DNA of 30,615 nucleotides from a virus (IMGVR_UViG_3300030376_001642:1-30615), one strand, 5' to 3'; shown: positions 10,313 to 19,562, counted from the first letter of the stretch. Notes: generated by a model from the letters alone, not told the origin. Numbers and translations are program-made.

Positions 10313-12600
10313 TATCCTGGTAACCTCCTTCTACCTGCTCTAGTTAAACTGTAGATAAATTCTGGATCTCTTGCTAATGCTGATTGGAAACTTTGTGTAT
10401 CTACTGCTGATATATTGTACACTATTGTTTGTCCACCACCTAATGCTCTAGCACTATCACTAGCACTCATTACACTTGCTGGTCCTGTGACAATTTCTGG
10501 TCCTGATTCACCTACAACACCAAACTTACCACTTGGTATATTACCACCGTTAGCAAAGAAGCCAGCAAATAGACTGCTAAACAATCCACCTGTTGGATCA
10601 AATAGTGCTAAGAATAATCTATTGGCAGCCATTTTAACTATTTCCATCATTAATGACTTGAATAGATCTTTAAAACTAAGTTTACCTGTTTCAGCAAACT
10701 TAACAAAAGCATCTTCCCAACCTTGTGTCATTGTATTGAATAAATCTGTACCAAATTTAGCATTGTTTTCTACTTCATCTTTGAATATAAGGAATGCGTC
10801 TTTGATACCTTGACCAAATTCGCGACTTTTAGCAATCAAGGCATCATAAGTTGCTAATTGTTTTTCAGCACCTTCTAAGAATAACTGATTTGCTTGTTCA
10901 TTGTCATCTATTCTGTCTTGAAGTACTGCTTTTGCTTGTTCTTTTTCAGCATCAGTTAGATCTGCTCGTTTTTTGCCTAGTTTTTCTGCTAGTTTTTCTT
11001 CTTCTGCCGCTTGGTCAATAATAAGTTGTATTCTTTCATTGGCTATGTTTCTGTATAAGCCTTGTGTTATTTGTAATCTTGCTCTTTCTTGTATAGAATT
11101 AGCATTCATGATATCACTTTGTTCTTGTACACTCATTAACAAGTCATGTGATGGTCCTAATGCTTGTTCATATATGCTTAAGAAACTTTCGCCTGCTCTT
11201 TGTACTGCTTGTTGAACTTTTAATTGTTCTTTAGTAAGTCTTATACGTTCATCGTATTCATCATTGATTTCTTGTTCACGTTTTCTTCTTTGTTCAGCAT
11301 CTATTTTGGTTAGATCAGCAAGATCTTGTAATGCTGATTTTCTATCTGATTCTATATCTGCTATAGCATTGAGTTCATCTTTTTGATTTTCTGTTGCTAA
11401 TAATAAATCATTTTGTAATGTTAATTGATCTCTAAACTCAGCACTATTAGATTGTAATTCATCTAGTTGTGATTTGAATTCTTCTGTTTGTCTTTCTAGT
11501 ATTCTTAATGATTCATCATTAAGTGTTTTTTCTTCTTTCTTCTTTTCAACTAAATCTGCTTCAGCATCAGCCATTTCCTTTGTACTGCCTTTTTGCTTGT
11601 CAACATTATCAACTATGTCTTCTACAGTTTCTCCTTGTTCATCAAACATAGCATTCATTACACCAAGTGTTACACCTGCCGCGGCTAATCCTGCGCCTAC
11701 TTTAAGTAAACCTACACCTGTAACTGCTTGTAACAATACAGCACTAGCGGCAGCGGCTTGGTTTGCGGCTCTAAATGCTTGTATGGCTTTAGTCACAGCA
11801 ACTATTTGATTTACTATTGCTACAGCAAATGCGGCTGCCAGTGCGGCTGCCACAATGTCTAGATTATCTGCTACCAATTTGAATGTTGCGGCTAATCCAC
11901 TGAATATACCTGTTTTTTCTTCTATTTTTCCTACAAGTATAGTGAATTCTGTTCTTATGCTTTCAAAACTTTCTGCTAAAGTTTGTGTTGTTAAGGCAAA
12001 TGTAGCATCAATTTCATCGCCTTGTTCTAGCAATGCGTTAGTGACAATTTTAGCAGTAAGTTTACCTTCACTTGCTAATTTTTTAAGTTCTCCACGTGGC
12101 TTACCTAGTGCTTTAGCCAGTCTATCCATGAGATCACTGTTTGTCTCATTGATACTTCTAAATTCATCACCACTTAACTTGCCTGATGCCATGGCCTGAC
12201 TGAACTGTAAGATAGCACTTGCTGATTCTTGTGCGCCAGCACCACTATTCTTTAGTGTTTTAGCAAATAGTTCTGTTACTCTGCTTGTTTCTGCTTGTGA
12301 TAAGCCTAAGTCTTCACTGGCTTTTGTTAAACGGAAGAATAAGTCTGCTGTACCACTAAGGTCACTACGAGTCTTTCTAGCAATATCAACAACAGCATCA
12401 AATCGTTTGCCTGCTTCTTCAGTACTGCCACTAACACTACGCAGTTTGTTTGTGATTTCTTGGAAATTGTTAGCAACATCAATTATGCCTTTTGCGGCGG
12501 CACCTGTTGCCAGTGCCTTAAGAGCATTTCCTACATTAGCAACGCCCTTTTCTGCTTTTCTTGTATCTAGTACTAACTCTGCTTTTATAGACCTAGCCAT
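10312..12600 (-). CDS. Tail tape measure protein
   Basis: AILQFSQAMASGKLSGDEFRSINE tape-measure motif, Ala-rich hydrophobic segment, long coiled coil, lambda-like C-terminus (GKLSFKDL; FANGG...VVGESGPE). Confidence 0.95.
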   Translation of the reverse strand: MARSIKAELVLDTRKAEKGVANVGNALKALATGAAAKGIIDVANNFQEITNKLRSVSGSTEEAGKRFDAVVDIARKTRSDLSGTADLFFRLTKASEDLGLSQAETSRVTELFAKTLKNSGAGAQESASAILQFSQAMASGKLSGDEFRSINETNSDLMDRLAKALGKPRGELKKLASEGKLTAKIVTNALLEQGDEIDATFALTTQTLAESFESIRTEFTILVGKIEEKTGIFSGLAATFKLVADNLDIVAAALAAAFAVAIVNQIVAVTKAIQAFRAANQAAAASAVLLQAVTGVGLLKVGAGLAAAGVTLGVMNAMFDEQGETVEDIVDNVDKQKGSTKEMADAEADLVEKKKEEKTLNDESLRILERQTEEFKSQLDELQSNSAEFRDQLTLQNDLLLATENQKDELNAIADIESDRKSALQDLADLTKIDAEQRRKREQEINDEYDERIRLTKEQLKVQQAVQRAGESFLSIYEQALGPSHDLLMSVQEQSDIMNANSIQERARLQITQGLYRNIANERIQLIIDQAAEEEKLAEKLGKKRADLTDAEKEQAKAVLQDRIDDNEQANQLFLEGAEKQLATYDALIAKSREFGQGIKDAFLIFKDEVENNAKFGTDLFNTMTQGWEDAFVKFAETGKLSFKDLFKSLMMEIVKMAANRLFLALFDPTGGLFSSLFAGFFANGGNIPSGKFGVVGESGPEIVTGPASVMSASDSARALGGGQTIVYNISAVDTQSFQSALARDPEFIYSLTRAGRRRLPG

Positions 12601-12893
12601 TATATTCTCCTGAACTCTTTGTCAAGTTGACTTTGGAGATGTTTAAATGAAGGTTCTGTCATTCCACGTGGTGCTTGTTTGCTCCATCCTTCATCTAATC
12701 TTGCCGCATAAGGGTAATCTGCTATAATTTCTAAGTTTCTTCTATCGAAATCAGTGTTACTTCTGGCATTACCACTTCTTTTAGGTGTTATACGTCTAAA
12801 ATATCTGTAAGTTGAGTTCATAGAATCGCTGACAGCCTTATTGATGTCTTTTTGTAACAATCCTAAATCTCTTCTACTTACTTTTATTCCCAC
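12600..12893 (-). CDS. HK97 gp10-like tail completion / neck protein
   Basis: TPKRSGNAR...YAARLDEGWSKQAPRGM motif; small basic protein. Confidence 0.7.
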   Translation of the reverse strand: MGIKVSRRDLGLLQKDINKAVSDSMNSTYRYFRRITPKRSGNARSNTDFDRRNLEIIADYPYAARLDEGWSKQAPRGMTEPSFKHLQSQLDKEFRRI

Positions 12894-13145
12894 GTGTTCT
12901 CTCCATTATCGCTTGTAAATCTGTTTGATCATATTGATCAGTTATGTCTTTCATGGTTTGTGTACCATTTTGTTTCTTAATCTCGCGAGTCTTGTGTGTC
13001 AATGCTATGTCGTATGTGCGTAAATCAAAGGTTGTACCCCTTGCTAACACTTCAGAAGGTAATAACCCGTATCGTTCACCTAGTGCGTCTAACATTAAGG
13101 CGTTAGTAAATTCAGCACTACCTTCTTCAAATGAACTACTGGTTA
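12874..13145 (-). CDS. Tail assembly chaperone, -1 frameshift extension (gpT-like part of gpGT)
   Basis: The -1 frame from GGGAAAG is open (GKVTSSSFEEGSAEFTNAL) into MLDALGERYGLLPSEVL. Confidence 0.8.
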
Positions 13146-13445
13146 CTTTCCCAGTTGTTCTACTACTTTATTTACACATTTCAGTAAGAGTTGGTTAGGT
13201 AATATATGTCCATCAGTCATAACTGGATTACCTTGGTCATCAAGAATCATATCACTACACATAGTGATTAATTGTGGATATTGATCTGGTTTTTGTGTGC
13301 TACTAGCAAATTCGACAAATGTATCTAAGGGTTGTTTGTCCCATACATAAAATTCTAGTGCTTCTTCGTATTGACTGACAGTTTCTTCATCATCTAAAAC
13401 TATCTTTACTAATTGTGGTTTTGTTGCGAGTTCTTTTAACTTCAT
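13143..13445 (-). CDS. Tail assembly chaperone (gpG-like)
   Basis: 100-aa acidic protein ending in the slippery site; AGGAG RBS; synteny. Confidence 0.8.
   Translation of the reverse strand: MKLKELATKPQLVKIVLDDEETVSQYEEALEFYVWDKQPLDTFVEFASSTQKPDQYPQLITMCSDMILDDQGNPVMTDGHILPNQLLLKCVNKVVEQLGK
13146..13152 (-). other. Programmed -1 ribosomal frameshift slippery site GGGAAAG
   Basis: CTG GGA AAG TAA at the end of the gpG-like ORF. Same heptamer as lambda G-T, located between the tail tube and tape measure genes. Confidence 0.85.
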
Positions 13446-13448
13446 AAC

Positions 13449-13625
13449 TTACTCCTTTATATCTCTTTTCTTTAAATTGTGAATAACACTTAAACAAAAT
13501 GCTACTCTGTTTGAGGCCTTATCAGCATCTCCTCTTAGACACCTAATTTCATTCTGTGTCTTCGCTAATTCCGTCTCCAACGATTGGATCATCTCCATCG
13601 TCGTCTTTGTGTCGTATATCTTCAT
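13449..13625 (-). CDS. Small coiled-coil hypothetical protein (58 aa), not in ORF track
   Basis: MKIYDTKTTMEMIQSLETELAKTQNEIRCLRGDADKASNRVAFCLSVIHNLKKRDIKE. Fills the gap and stops 3 nt before the next ATG. Confidence 0.65.
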   Translation of the reverse strand: MKIYDTKTTMEMIQSLETELAKTQNEIRCLRGDADKASNRVAFCLSVIHNLKKRDIKE

Positions 13626-13809
13626 TACTATTTACCTTTGTTTTTTGTTTTTGTTGTTTTTTGCTATCAGGAAGTGTTATGCCGTTGTCTTTGGCATATT
13701 CATCCATGTCTACAGTGACTATTTTTCCATCTACTTCAATACGAATATCGCGTGTAGGTTTGGTCCAGTTACCATCTGCGTCAAAGTTTCTTAACCATTT
13801 ATGTTCCAT
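13549..13809 (-). CDS. Hypothetical protein
   Basis: ATG with AAGGAG RBS; acidic disordered C-terminus overlapping the next ORF. Confidence 0.7.
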   Translation of the reverse strand: MEHKWLRNFDADGNWTKPTRDIRIEVDGKIVTVDMDEYAKDNGITLPDSKKQQKQKTKVNSNEDIRHKDDDGDDPIVGDGISEDTE

Positions 13810-13826
13810 TGTTTCTCCTTATAAGA

Positions 13827-13853
13827 ATACTACCCCACATAGTGAGGTAGTAT
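13827..13853 (-). terminator. Hairpin after tail tube gene, possible weak terminator or processing site
   Basis: ATACTACCTCAC-TAT-GTGGGGTAGTAT stem followed by only TCTT. Confidence 0.45.
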
Positions 13854-13865
13854 AGTCTATGTTCG

Positions 13866-14351
13866 TTATACGGTGCTTACTGTATAATCGCCGTCAACTT
13901 CTAGGGTCAAACTACTAACAAAAACTGGTGCGTCCATGTTTACAGTTGGGGCTAATCCTGAAAGGAAGCCTTTACCTGAAATTGTTCTAGATCCACCTAG
14001 TGAACCTTCGATACCAATTTCGAAATGAACCTCTGTTTTGTTTTTACTTGCTCCAAAGATACCGTTTCTCACAACACTATTTAAAGTGTTTGCGCCATCA
14101 CCAAAGAAAGTCGCCTCATCTAAGACGATGTTCATTGCTAATGAGTTAGTGGCAGGTGTTGTAGCGGCACTTTCTGCTGTACTGTCTAGAGTTTTCCATC
14201 TAAACACACCTGTACTATTGTTGATAGTGATATCTTGTAAGTAAGGTAAGATCATAGCATTATTACCACCAGTAATGTCTGCTTGTGAACTTACGTTTCC
14301 TAATGCGATTATAGCCTTATCACCTGAACTTACGTTAATTGGACTTGGCAT
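13866..14351 (-). CDS. Major tail tube protein
   Basis: 161 aa beta-rich protein with ISGKGFLSGLAPTV...LTLEVDG C-terminus; synteny. Confidence 0.85.
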   Translation of the reverse strand: MPSPINVSSGDKAIIALGNVSSQADITGGNNAMILPYLQDITINNSTGVFRWKTLDSTAESAATTPATNSLAMNIVLDEATFFGDGANTLNSVVRNGIFGASKNKTEVHFEIGIEGSLGGSRTISGKGFLSGLAPTVNMDAPVFVSSLTLEVDGDYTVSTV

Positions 14352-14365
14352 AATTTTCTCCTTTA

Positions 14366-14752
14366 TTAATAATTTATAAACCTATACTCAAATGTATAAG
14401 TTATCCTGTCGTTTTCAGTCTCTGTAGTGTACTCACATTCTGCTACTGTTGTACCAGATATGGCACTCTTAGAGTTTAAAATACCAGATATGACAGTATC
14501 AATATCTGATAGTGGATTCTTAGCATCTACTTGAAGGAATCCTTCCATGGTTGTTTCTGTTTGATATTGTTTGTTATCATCTAACGTTTCAATATAAACA
14601 GTCTTACTGATTTGCTCTTCGTCTAGATAAAACTTCTTCATATTAATTGAGTACAAGGGTTGATCCCCTTGTACCCAAGGTAATTCTGAACTAACTGTAC
14701 AACTACTTGTTGCTAAGTTAGAAGTTATGGCTGTTAGCAATGAATCTCTCAT
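14366..14752 (-). CDS. Putative tail terminator / completion protein
   Basis: 128-aa acidic protein directly upstream of the tail tube gene. Confidence 0.55.
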   Translation of the reverse strand: MRDSLLTAITSNLATSSCTVSSELPWVQGDQPLYSINMKKFYLDEEQISKTVYIETLDDNKQYQTETTMEGFLQVDAKNPLSDIDTVISGILNSKSAISGTTVAECEYTTETENDRITYTFEYRFINY

Positions 14753-15327
14753 TATCTAATTTTCACCACACTTGCTCTTCTTCTAGATCTACGAGTTTGG
14801 AAATATGTTACTGCTTTTTCGTCTGCGTCTACAGTACCACTGTTGTCGTAGTCATACCAGTCAGCAATGCTTATCAGTTCATTAAACATGTCTGTAAACT
14901 TTGCGTCATAGTAATTAATCTTTTGAAATGTAGGACTTTCTTCATTTCCAAAGTCTGCGACTAACGGTAATAGATATTGCGACATACAGTGGTAGACCGT
15001 TAAATCTGTGAACTGTTGTTGTCTTCCTATTTTGTTACTTGGATCTATAAGATTTGGGTTAACATTAGGTAAATTATTCAAGTTTGTGATACCAGCACCA
15101 ACATAATTGTTGTATGCTTGCCACCATGTACTTGCTTTAATTTTAAGCAATATTCTATTTGTGCTTTTGGTAAGCATGTCTTCAATAAAATCTGTTTTAT
15201 CAACAAACCCACTTTCAGCGGGTACAATGATTTCATTTGCTTCTAGCAAACGTTGATCTTTTTGAAGTATGTCTGTAAACTCAGCAAAACTAAGTACATT
15301 TCCACCTCCATCAGTAATAAACGCCAT
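14752..15327 (-). CDS. Putative head-tail adaptor
   Basis: Helical 191-aa protein directly after the capsid gene; YDYDNSGTVDADEK near the C-terminus. Confidence 0.6.
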   Translation of the reverse strand: MAFITDGGGNVLSFAEFTDILQKDQRLLEANEIIVPAESGFVDKTDFIEDMLTKSTNRILLKIKASTWWQAYNNYVGAGITNLNNLPNVNPNLIDPSNKIGRQQQFTDLTVYHCMSQYLLPLVADFGNEESPTFQKINYYDAKFTDMFNELISIADWYDYDNSGTVDADEKAVTYFQTRRSRRRASVVKIR

Positions 15328-15336
15328 AGTATCTCC

Positions 15337-16245
15337 TTACGATGCGTCAGGTAATCTATTACTTCTAAAGAATGTTATACCAGCCGCTTGTCCTATTAAA
15401 CCACTTAACAATGTTCTGTTACCAATATCACTTAGTGATCCTAGTGTAGCATCGTTAACTGATGATAATTGTTTAGCAATTGAAAACTCTTCTTCTGGTG
15501 AAACAAATCCAATGTATGAACCGTCTGCCATTTCAGGTGCGTTTGATTTTCTCAATGTAGCAACTGCTTTTAAGTAGTTTTCTAAGTTTGCTGTTGGAGC
15601 CGCGAAAGAGTCTGTTCTATCTGTTACTTTACAGCCAAACTCTGGTCTCATTACTACGAAACCTTGTCTTACTGTTCCTCTGAACTCATGTAAGTCTAGG
15701 TTTGGGTTATACCATGTAGCAACTGTAGGTTGACGACCTGATGCTGTTGCTAAACATTCTGGAGACATTACGAAATGCTCTGTGAATGCTGAGTTGGCTC
15801 CTGCCGCGTCACCTGTTTCTTGAGTAATGCCTGCCTTTAGAGCGGCAAAACCTGCTGTGTCGACTGCTTCTGCTAGTCCTTTTGAAAGTCTTGTAAGTAC
15901 TGCGTTTCTAACTGTTGCTATTCCGCCGTCTTCCAATGCTTCTTCTGATACGTCTGTCGCGATACCAAATTTGCTTAATGTAATATTAGCCGCTGTAGGT
16001 ACTAAGTTACTTTGTACTCCAGTTTGTCTAATATCCCCACCTTCAGCCACGGCACCTGCCGCTGAATAACTGTTGGTTAGTGGGATTCTAATCGTGTTCC
16101 CTGCTTCTGGTCCGCTTAGGTCATATGAATTCATGATAAAAGCCTGATTTGGTAACATTACCGCATCTGAATAATATGCTTGAAGATCTGCTACGACGTC
16201 TGCGTACAACTGCTGAACACTACTGCTTGATGTTCCTGCTGCCAT
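15337..16245 (-). CDS. Major capsid protein (HK97-like fold, apparently permuted)
   Basis: GNTIRIP...AEG E-loop, KFGIATDVSEEALED strand, spine helix, LRKSNAP...FVSP and GLIGQAAGITFFRSN motifs; strong RBS; follows the scaffold gene. Confidence 0.9.
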   Translation of the reverse strand: MAAGTSSSSVQQLYADVVADLQAYYSDAVMLPNQAFIMNSYDLSGPEAGNTIRIPLTNSYSAAGAVAEGGDIRQTGVQSNLVPTAANITLSKFGIATDVSEEALEDGGIATVRNAVLTRLSKGLAEAVDTAGFAALKAGITQETGDAAGANSAFTEHFVMSPECLATASGRQPTVATWYNPNLDLHEFRGTVRQGFVVMRPEFGCKVTDRTDSFAAPTANLENYLKAVATLRKSNAPEMADGSYIGFVSPEEEFSIAKQLSSVNDATLGSLSDIGNRTLLSGLIGQAAGITFFRSNRLPDAS

Positions 16246-16283
16246 TATGTTCTCCTTTTATTAATGGTTACTAGAAAGGATAC

Positions 16284-17123
16284 CTATCCTTTCATTTTCT
16301 TTTTAATCATTCCGTCTGTGATTTGATCACGTGTTAATGATTTGTTATAATCTCGTATTGCCATGTACGCCCTACGATAACTTGCGTCTGATGTCAGTCT
16401 AGCCTCATCAATACCTTTTGGTGCTGATGAACCGCCAGTGTCTGTTTCACCATAAGCAACATCTACTCCTTTCTTGCCAAAACTAAAGTTCAACTGTTTT
16501 CCAATCTTTTCTACAGCGGCGGAATAATCTGGTGTTTCACCGTCGACAGTTAAGAAACTATCACCATCTCTCAATGCGAATGTTTCTCCTTCTACAGCAA
16601 TCATGTTTCTAGCATTCATTAAATCAATAACTGCTTGACTTTGATCTGCTGTCCAGTTACTAGGCATAGCACTATTGAGTTTACCAATGTGATCCTTAAG
16701 TACCAATTCAGTTTTTAAACTGCTTACTTGTGTTTGTAGTTCTTCTAGAGTAGCCTCTTTTTTCATTACAGCATCTTTCAATGCTTTAACGTTGAGACTT
16801 TGTCCTTCTTCACTGTTAACACTTCGTAATTCATTTACTACTGTTTTAACTTGGCTTAAATCATCTACATCAAGTTCTTTCATGATGCTTTGTCTTGCTC
16901 TGTCTTCAGCCTGCTTGGCGACCATATTGGTTTCATCTCTTGTATAAAACCTCTTGTCGTTCAAGTACCATTTTCCGTCTTTGTATTGAGGTTGGTCACT
17001 GTTTACTACAGTTTCCGCCTTCTGTGTAGACGTTTCTTCAGATTTTATATCATTACTTGATTCAGTATCTGTTACTGGTGCTGTTTGTTCAGTTAGCACT
17101 TCTGTATCTATGGTATTATCCAT
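16284..17123 (-). CDS. Capsid scaffolding protein
   Basis: Acidic disordered N-terminus, FYTRDE motif and coiled coil; lies between portal and capsid. Confidence 0.75.
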   Translation of the reverse strand: MDNTIDTEVLTEQTAPVTDTESSNDIKSEETSTQKAETVVNSDQPQYKDGKWYLNDKRFYTRDETNMVAKQAEDRARQSIMKELDVDDLSQVKTVVNELRSVNSEEGQSLNVKALKDAVMKKEATLEELQTQVSSLKTELVLKDHIGKLNSAMPSNWTADQSQAVIDLMNARNMIAVEGETFALRDGDSFLTVDGETPDYSAAVEKIGKQLNFSFGKKGVDVAYGETDTGGSSAPKGIDEARLTSDASYRRAYMAIRDYNKSLTRDQITDGMIKKKMKG

Positions 17124-17166
17124 TATTCATCTCCTTTTAGTCGTTAGAAGCAACGTACTTTATTGT

Positions 17167-18885
17167 TTATAAAGAGTTAGAACTGTAAGTCTGATTAATC
17201 AGTGCTTTCATTCTTTCTCTTATCTTCTCTTTTAATTCTTGTTCGAATCCACGATCTTCTTCAAAATCAACACCTGGATTCGCACGTTCTAGTGCCTGTT
17301 CATATTCTAGGTGTGTAGCGAATGGCATGTAAATTATAGTACCGTCTTCATTTTGATGACTATGTGATCCACTTCCGCCTAAACTTACTGCTTTTGCTTC
17401 TGCTTCTGCTTCAGTGGCATACTCATCTGCCACAAACTCTGTGACGCCAGTTGCGAACTTGTTTTCATATGTTTCAAGCATACCCATTATGCCTTCTAGT
17501 TCTTTGATTTCTTGTTCTAAGCCTCTTTGTGAGAAAGTTTTATTGTAACTTACACTAAAGTCTTCTGGTAAAGGCTTATCCATCCAATCAAACCATATTT
17601 TCCATAGATTATATTCAGCATTTTCCATTGCTGTGGCTTTACGCCTAATCATGGCTTCAAGTTTGCTGTCAAACATTTCTATTTGAACTCCACTCCTACT
17701 AGCCTTGATAAGTTCATCTGATCTTACCATGGCAACCTGATTCATTTTTTCAATTAATTGATTTACATATTCTCTTAATTGAACCATGCTGTCTAATGGT
17801 GGTGCTCTAAATTCAAATACATAGGCTGGCTCGCCTTGTAAACTTGAATTTACTCTTATAACACTACCTGGTTCTGCTCCTATACTGTTGTCGTTGAGAT
17901 CACTTGTTTCCGTGTCTACTACTGTTACAGGGTGCGAACCATAACTTTGTATAGCATATAGATCACCATATGCCGCATATATGTTCTTTTGTATTCCTGC
18001 TATGTCAAATATGATACTATGTCCTACACCATTGTGTATCTTAGTACCTGTGTATACTGGTATACATGGTACATAGCCTAATTCATTTTCTTGTCTTACC
18101 ACATAATATCCATCGCCACCTTCTATGTTTTCCGCATCTATATATTGGCTGATGTCAAATTCATCTTCATCTGTGTCTTCTTTGATTAAGAAGTATGTGT
18201 CGATGTTTTCTGGTGTTATATATTGATATACATCAAATTCTGGTTCTGATGCTGTTTTGATTACTATCTTTTTCAATACCAAGTCGCCGCTCATGTCATA
18301 AGCAAACTGCCAGTTAGTTACATCTAGTGGAGTGTGGTATCTCCAACGTGGTAAATCACTGCCTACTGGTTTTATACAACTGACCCAACAAATACCAAAT
18401 ATAGTACTCATCACGTCTACGTGCGAGAAGAATTCGTTAAGTGAATTTTGTTCACCATCACAGTTCTGTGAGAACTCTTCTACTTCTGGGGTTAATGGTA
18501 ACACTCGATATGGTGTGTTTTTCATTAAGATAGCATTGTATTCTTGTACATACAATCTAGTGTAAGGCAGTACTGGTACATTGTGTAACTTTTCATGATA
18601 GAAGTTACTTGAGTAATCACCGCCGTTATTAGCCGCTTGTGGCGAGTTTACACTAACTGCGCCTTTATAGATACCTTGTGTTACACCGTTATCATCAACG
18701 TCATATGTGTTGATTACTTCGCTTGGTGTACTGTTATCTGAATCAAATTGCTTGAGGTATTCGCCCATTCTGTATTCTGGGCCACCGTAATATGATTTAA
18801 TGGCTAAACGCCAGTCATCTTGGTATCGTGAGTATAGTTCGTGTGCGGATACTACGAACTGAAATTCGTCAAATGGTTTAGCCAT
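17167..18885 (-). CDS. Portal protein
   Basis: 572 aa with H..Y...W...SYYGG.EY N-terminus, NELGYVPCIPV and SRSGV motifs; lies between terminase and scaffold. Confidence 0.9.
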   Translation of the reverse strand: MAKPFDEFQFVVSAHELYSRYQDDWRLAIKSYYGGPEYRMGEYLKQFDSDNSTPSEVINTYDVDDNGVTQGIYKGAVSVNSPQAANNGGDYSSNFYHEKLHNVPVLPYTRLYVQEYNAILMKNTPYRVLPLTPEVEEFSQNCDGEQNSLNEFFSHVDVMSTIFGICWVSCIKPVGSDLPRWRYHTPLDVTNWQFAYDMSGDLVLKKIVIKTASEPEFDVYQYITPENIDTYFLIKEDTDEDEFDISQYIDAENIEGGDGYYVVRQENELGYVPCIPVYTGTKIHNGVGHSIIFDIAGIQKNIYAAYGDLYAIQSYGSHPVTVVDTETSDLNDNSIGAEPGSVIRVNSSLQGEPAYVFEFRAPPLDSMVQLREYVNQLIEKMNQVAMVRSDELIKASRSGVQIEMFDSKLEAMIRRKATAMENAEYNLWKIWFDWMDKPLPEDFSVSYNKTFSQRGLEQEIKELEGIMGMLETYENKFATGVTEFVADEYATEAEAEAKAVSLGGSGSHSHQNEDGTIIYMPFATHLEYEQALERANPGVDFEEDRGFEQELKEKIRERMKALINQTYSSNSL

Positions 18886-18910
18886 GTGCCTCCGTTATAT
18901 ATAACAAGAC

Positions 18911-18918
18911 TATTTATC
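18911..18918 (-). promoter_or_regulatory. T4-late-type promoter motif GATAAATA
   Basis: 25 nt upstream of the portal ATG, at the head of the structural operon. Confidence 0.75.
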
Positions 18919-19136
18919 TATTCTTTGAAAGATGTGTTGTTATCACCAGTAATCTGTTCATAATCTGGTGTTTCTGGTTCTATGATGCCTGCTTTTTGTA
19001 GCAGTGGTGCCCATAGCATGTGTGTTTCTAATCGTGAATACTTTGGTCCTGTATACTTCTTGTTTTTTCTTTTTAGTTTTTTATTGTGTCTTTTATTTGC
19101 TAATGCTTTTTGTGTTAACATGTTGTTCCTTTTCAT
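18918..19136 (-). CDS. Small Lys/Arg-rich hypothetical protein
   Basis: ORF with NKRHNKKLKRKNKK; start uncertain (19136 or 19121). Confidence 0.6.
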   Translation of the reverse strand: MKRNNMLTQKALANKRHNKKLKRKNKKYTGPKYSRLETHMLWAPLLQKAGIIEPETPDYEQITGDNNTSFKE

Positions 19137-19290
19137 CTTTATCGCCGTCCCAATTAAGTATTGTTACAGACTTTTGTTTTAACTTTTGATCTTTACCAAA
19201 TATCTTATCCCAATTGTCTTGATATTGTTGGCTGTTTACATCTGTTCTAGGTGTACTGCCTTTACCACCGTGCCAATTGCTACTTTTCAT
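19093..19290 (-). CDS. Small hypothetical protein with GGKGS.PR...Y..NWDKIFG motif
   Basis: ATG at 19290 (MKSSNWHGGKGSTPR); motif shared with the upstream neighbour. Confidence 0.65.
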   Translation of the reverse strand: MKSSNWHGGKGSTPRTDVNSQQYQDNWDKIFGKDQKLKQKSVTILNWDGDKDEKEQHVNTKSISK

Positions 19291-19501
19291 CTTTGTTACC
19301 AAATATACGTTCCCAACCGTCTTTGTATGCTTGATCGTTGATACCAGTAGTTACACCTGTTGGTCTAAATCCTTGCTGTATATCTCTTATCCTGCGTAAT
19401 GTTGGGTCTTTGGCAATCTTAGATTCATTGCTGATCCATTCGCGACTATTCTTTTTTGGAATCTTACCGCTTACTTGTTTACCTATACTTGGTTTTTCCA
19501 T
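19280..19501 (-). CDS. Small hypothetical protein with Y.DGWERIFG motif (likely leaderless)
   Basis: ATG 5 nt downstream of GATAAATA; no Shine-Dalgarno. Confidence 0.7.
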   Translation of the reverse strand: MEKPSIGKQVSGKIPKKNSREWISNESKIAKDPTLRRIRDIQQGFRPTGVTTGINDQAYKDGWERIFGNKDEK

Positions 19502-19506
19502 ACAAG

Positions 19507-19514
19507 TATTTATC
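19507..19514 (-). promoter_or_regulatory. T4-late-type promoter motif GATAAATA (leftward of divergent pair)
   Basis: GATAAATA-CTTGT-ATG. Confidence 0.75.
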
Positions 19515-19562
19515 GATCTGTGTCATTATTACCTTAAATTTATGTACAGAATACATGATCAT

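Noticed and set aside
1320-18565. Numerous plus-strand ORFs of 60-135 aa across the structural region
   Set aside because: They lie antisense to well-supported genes, lack RBSs and show shadow-type composition.
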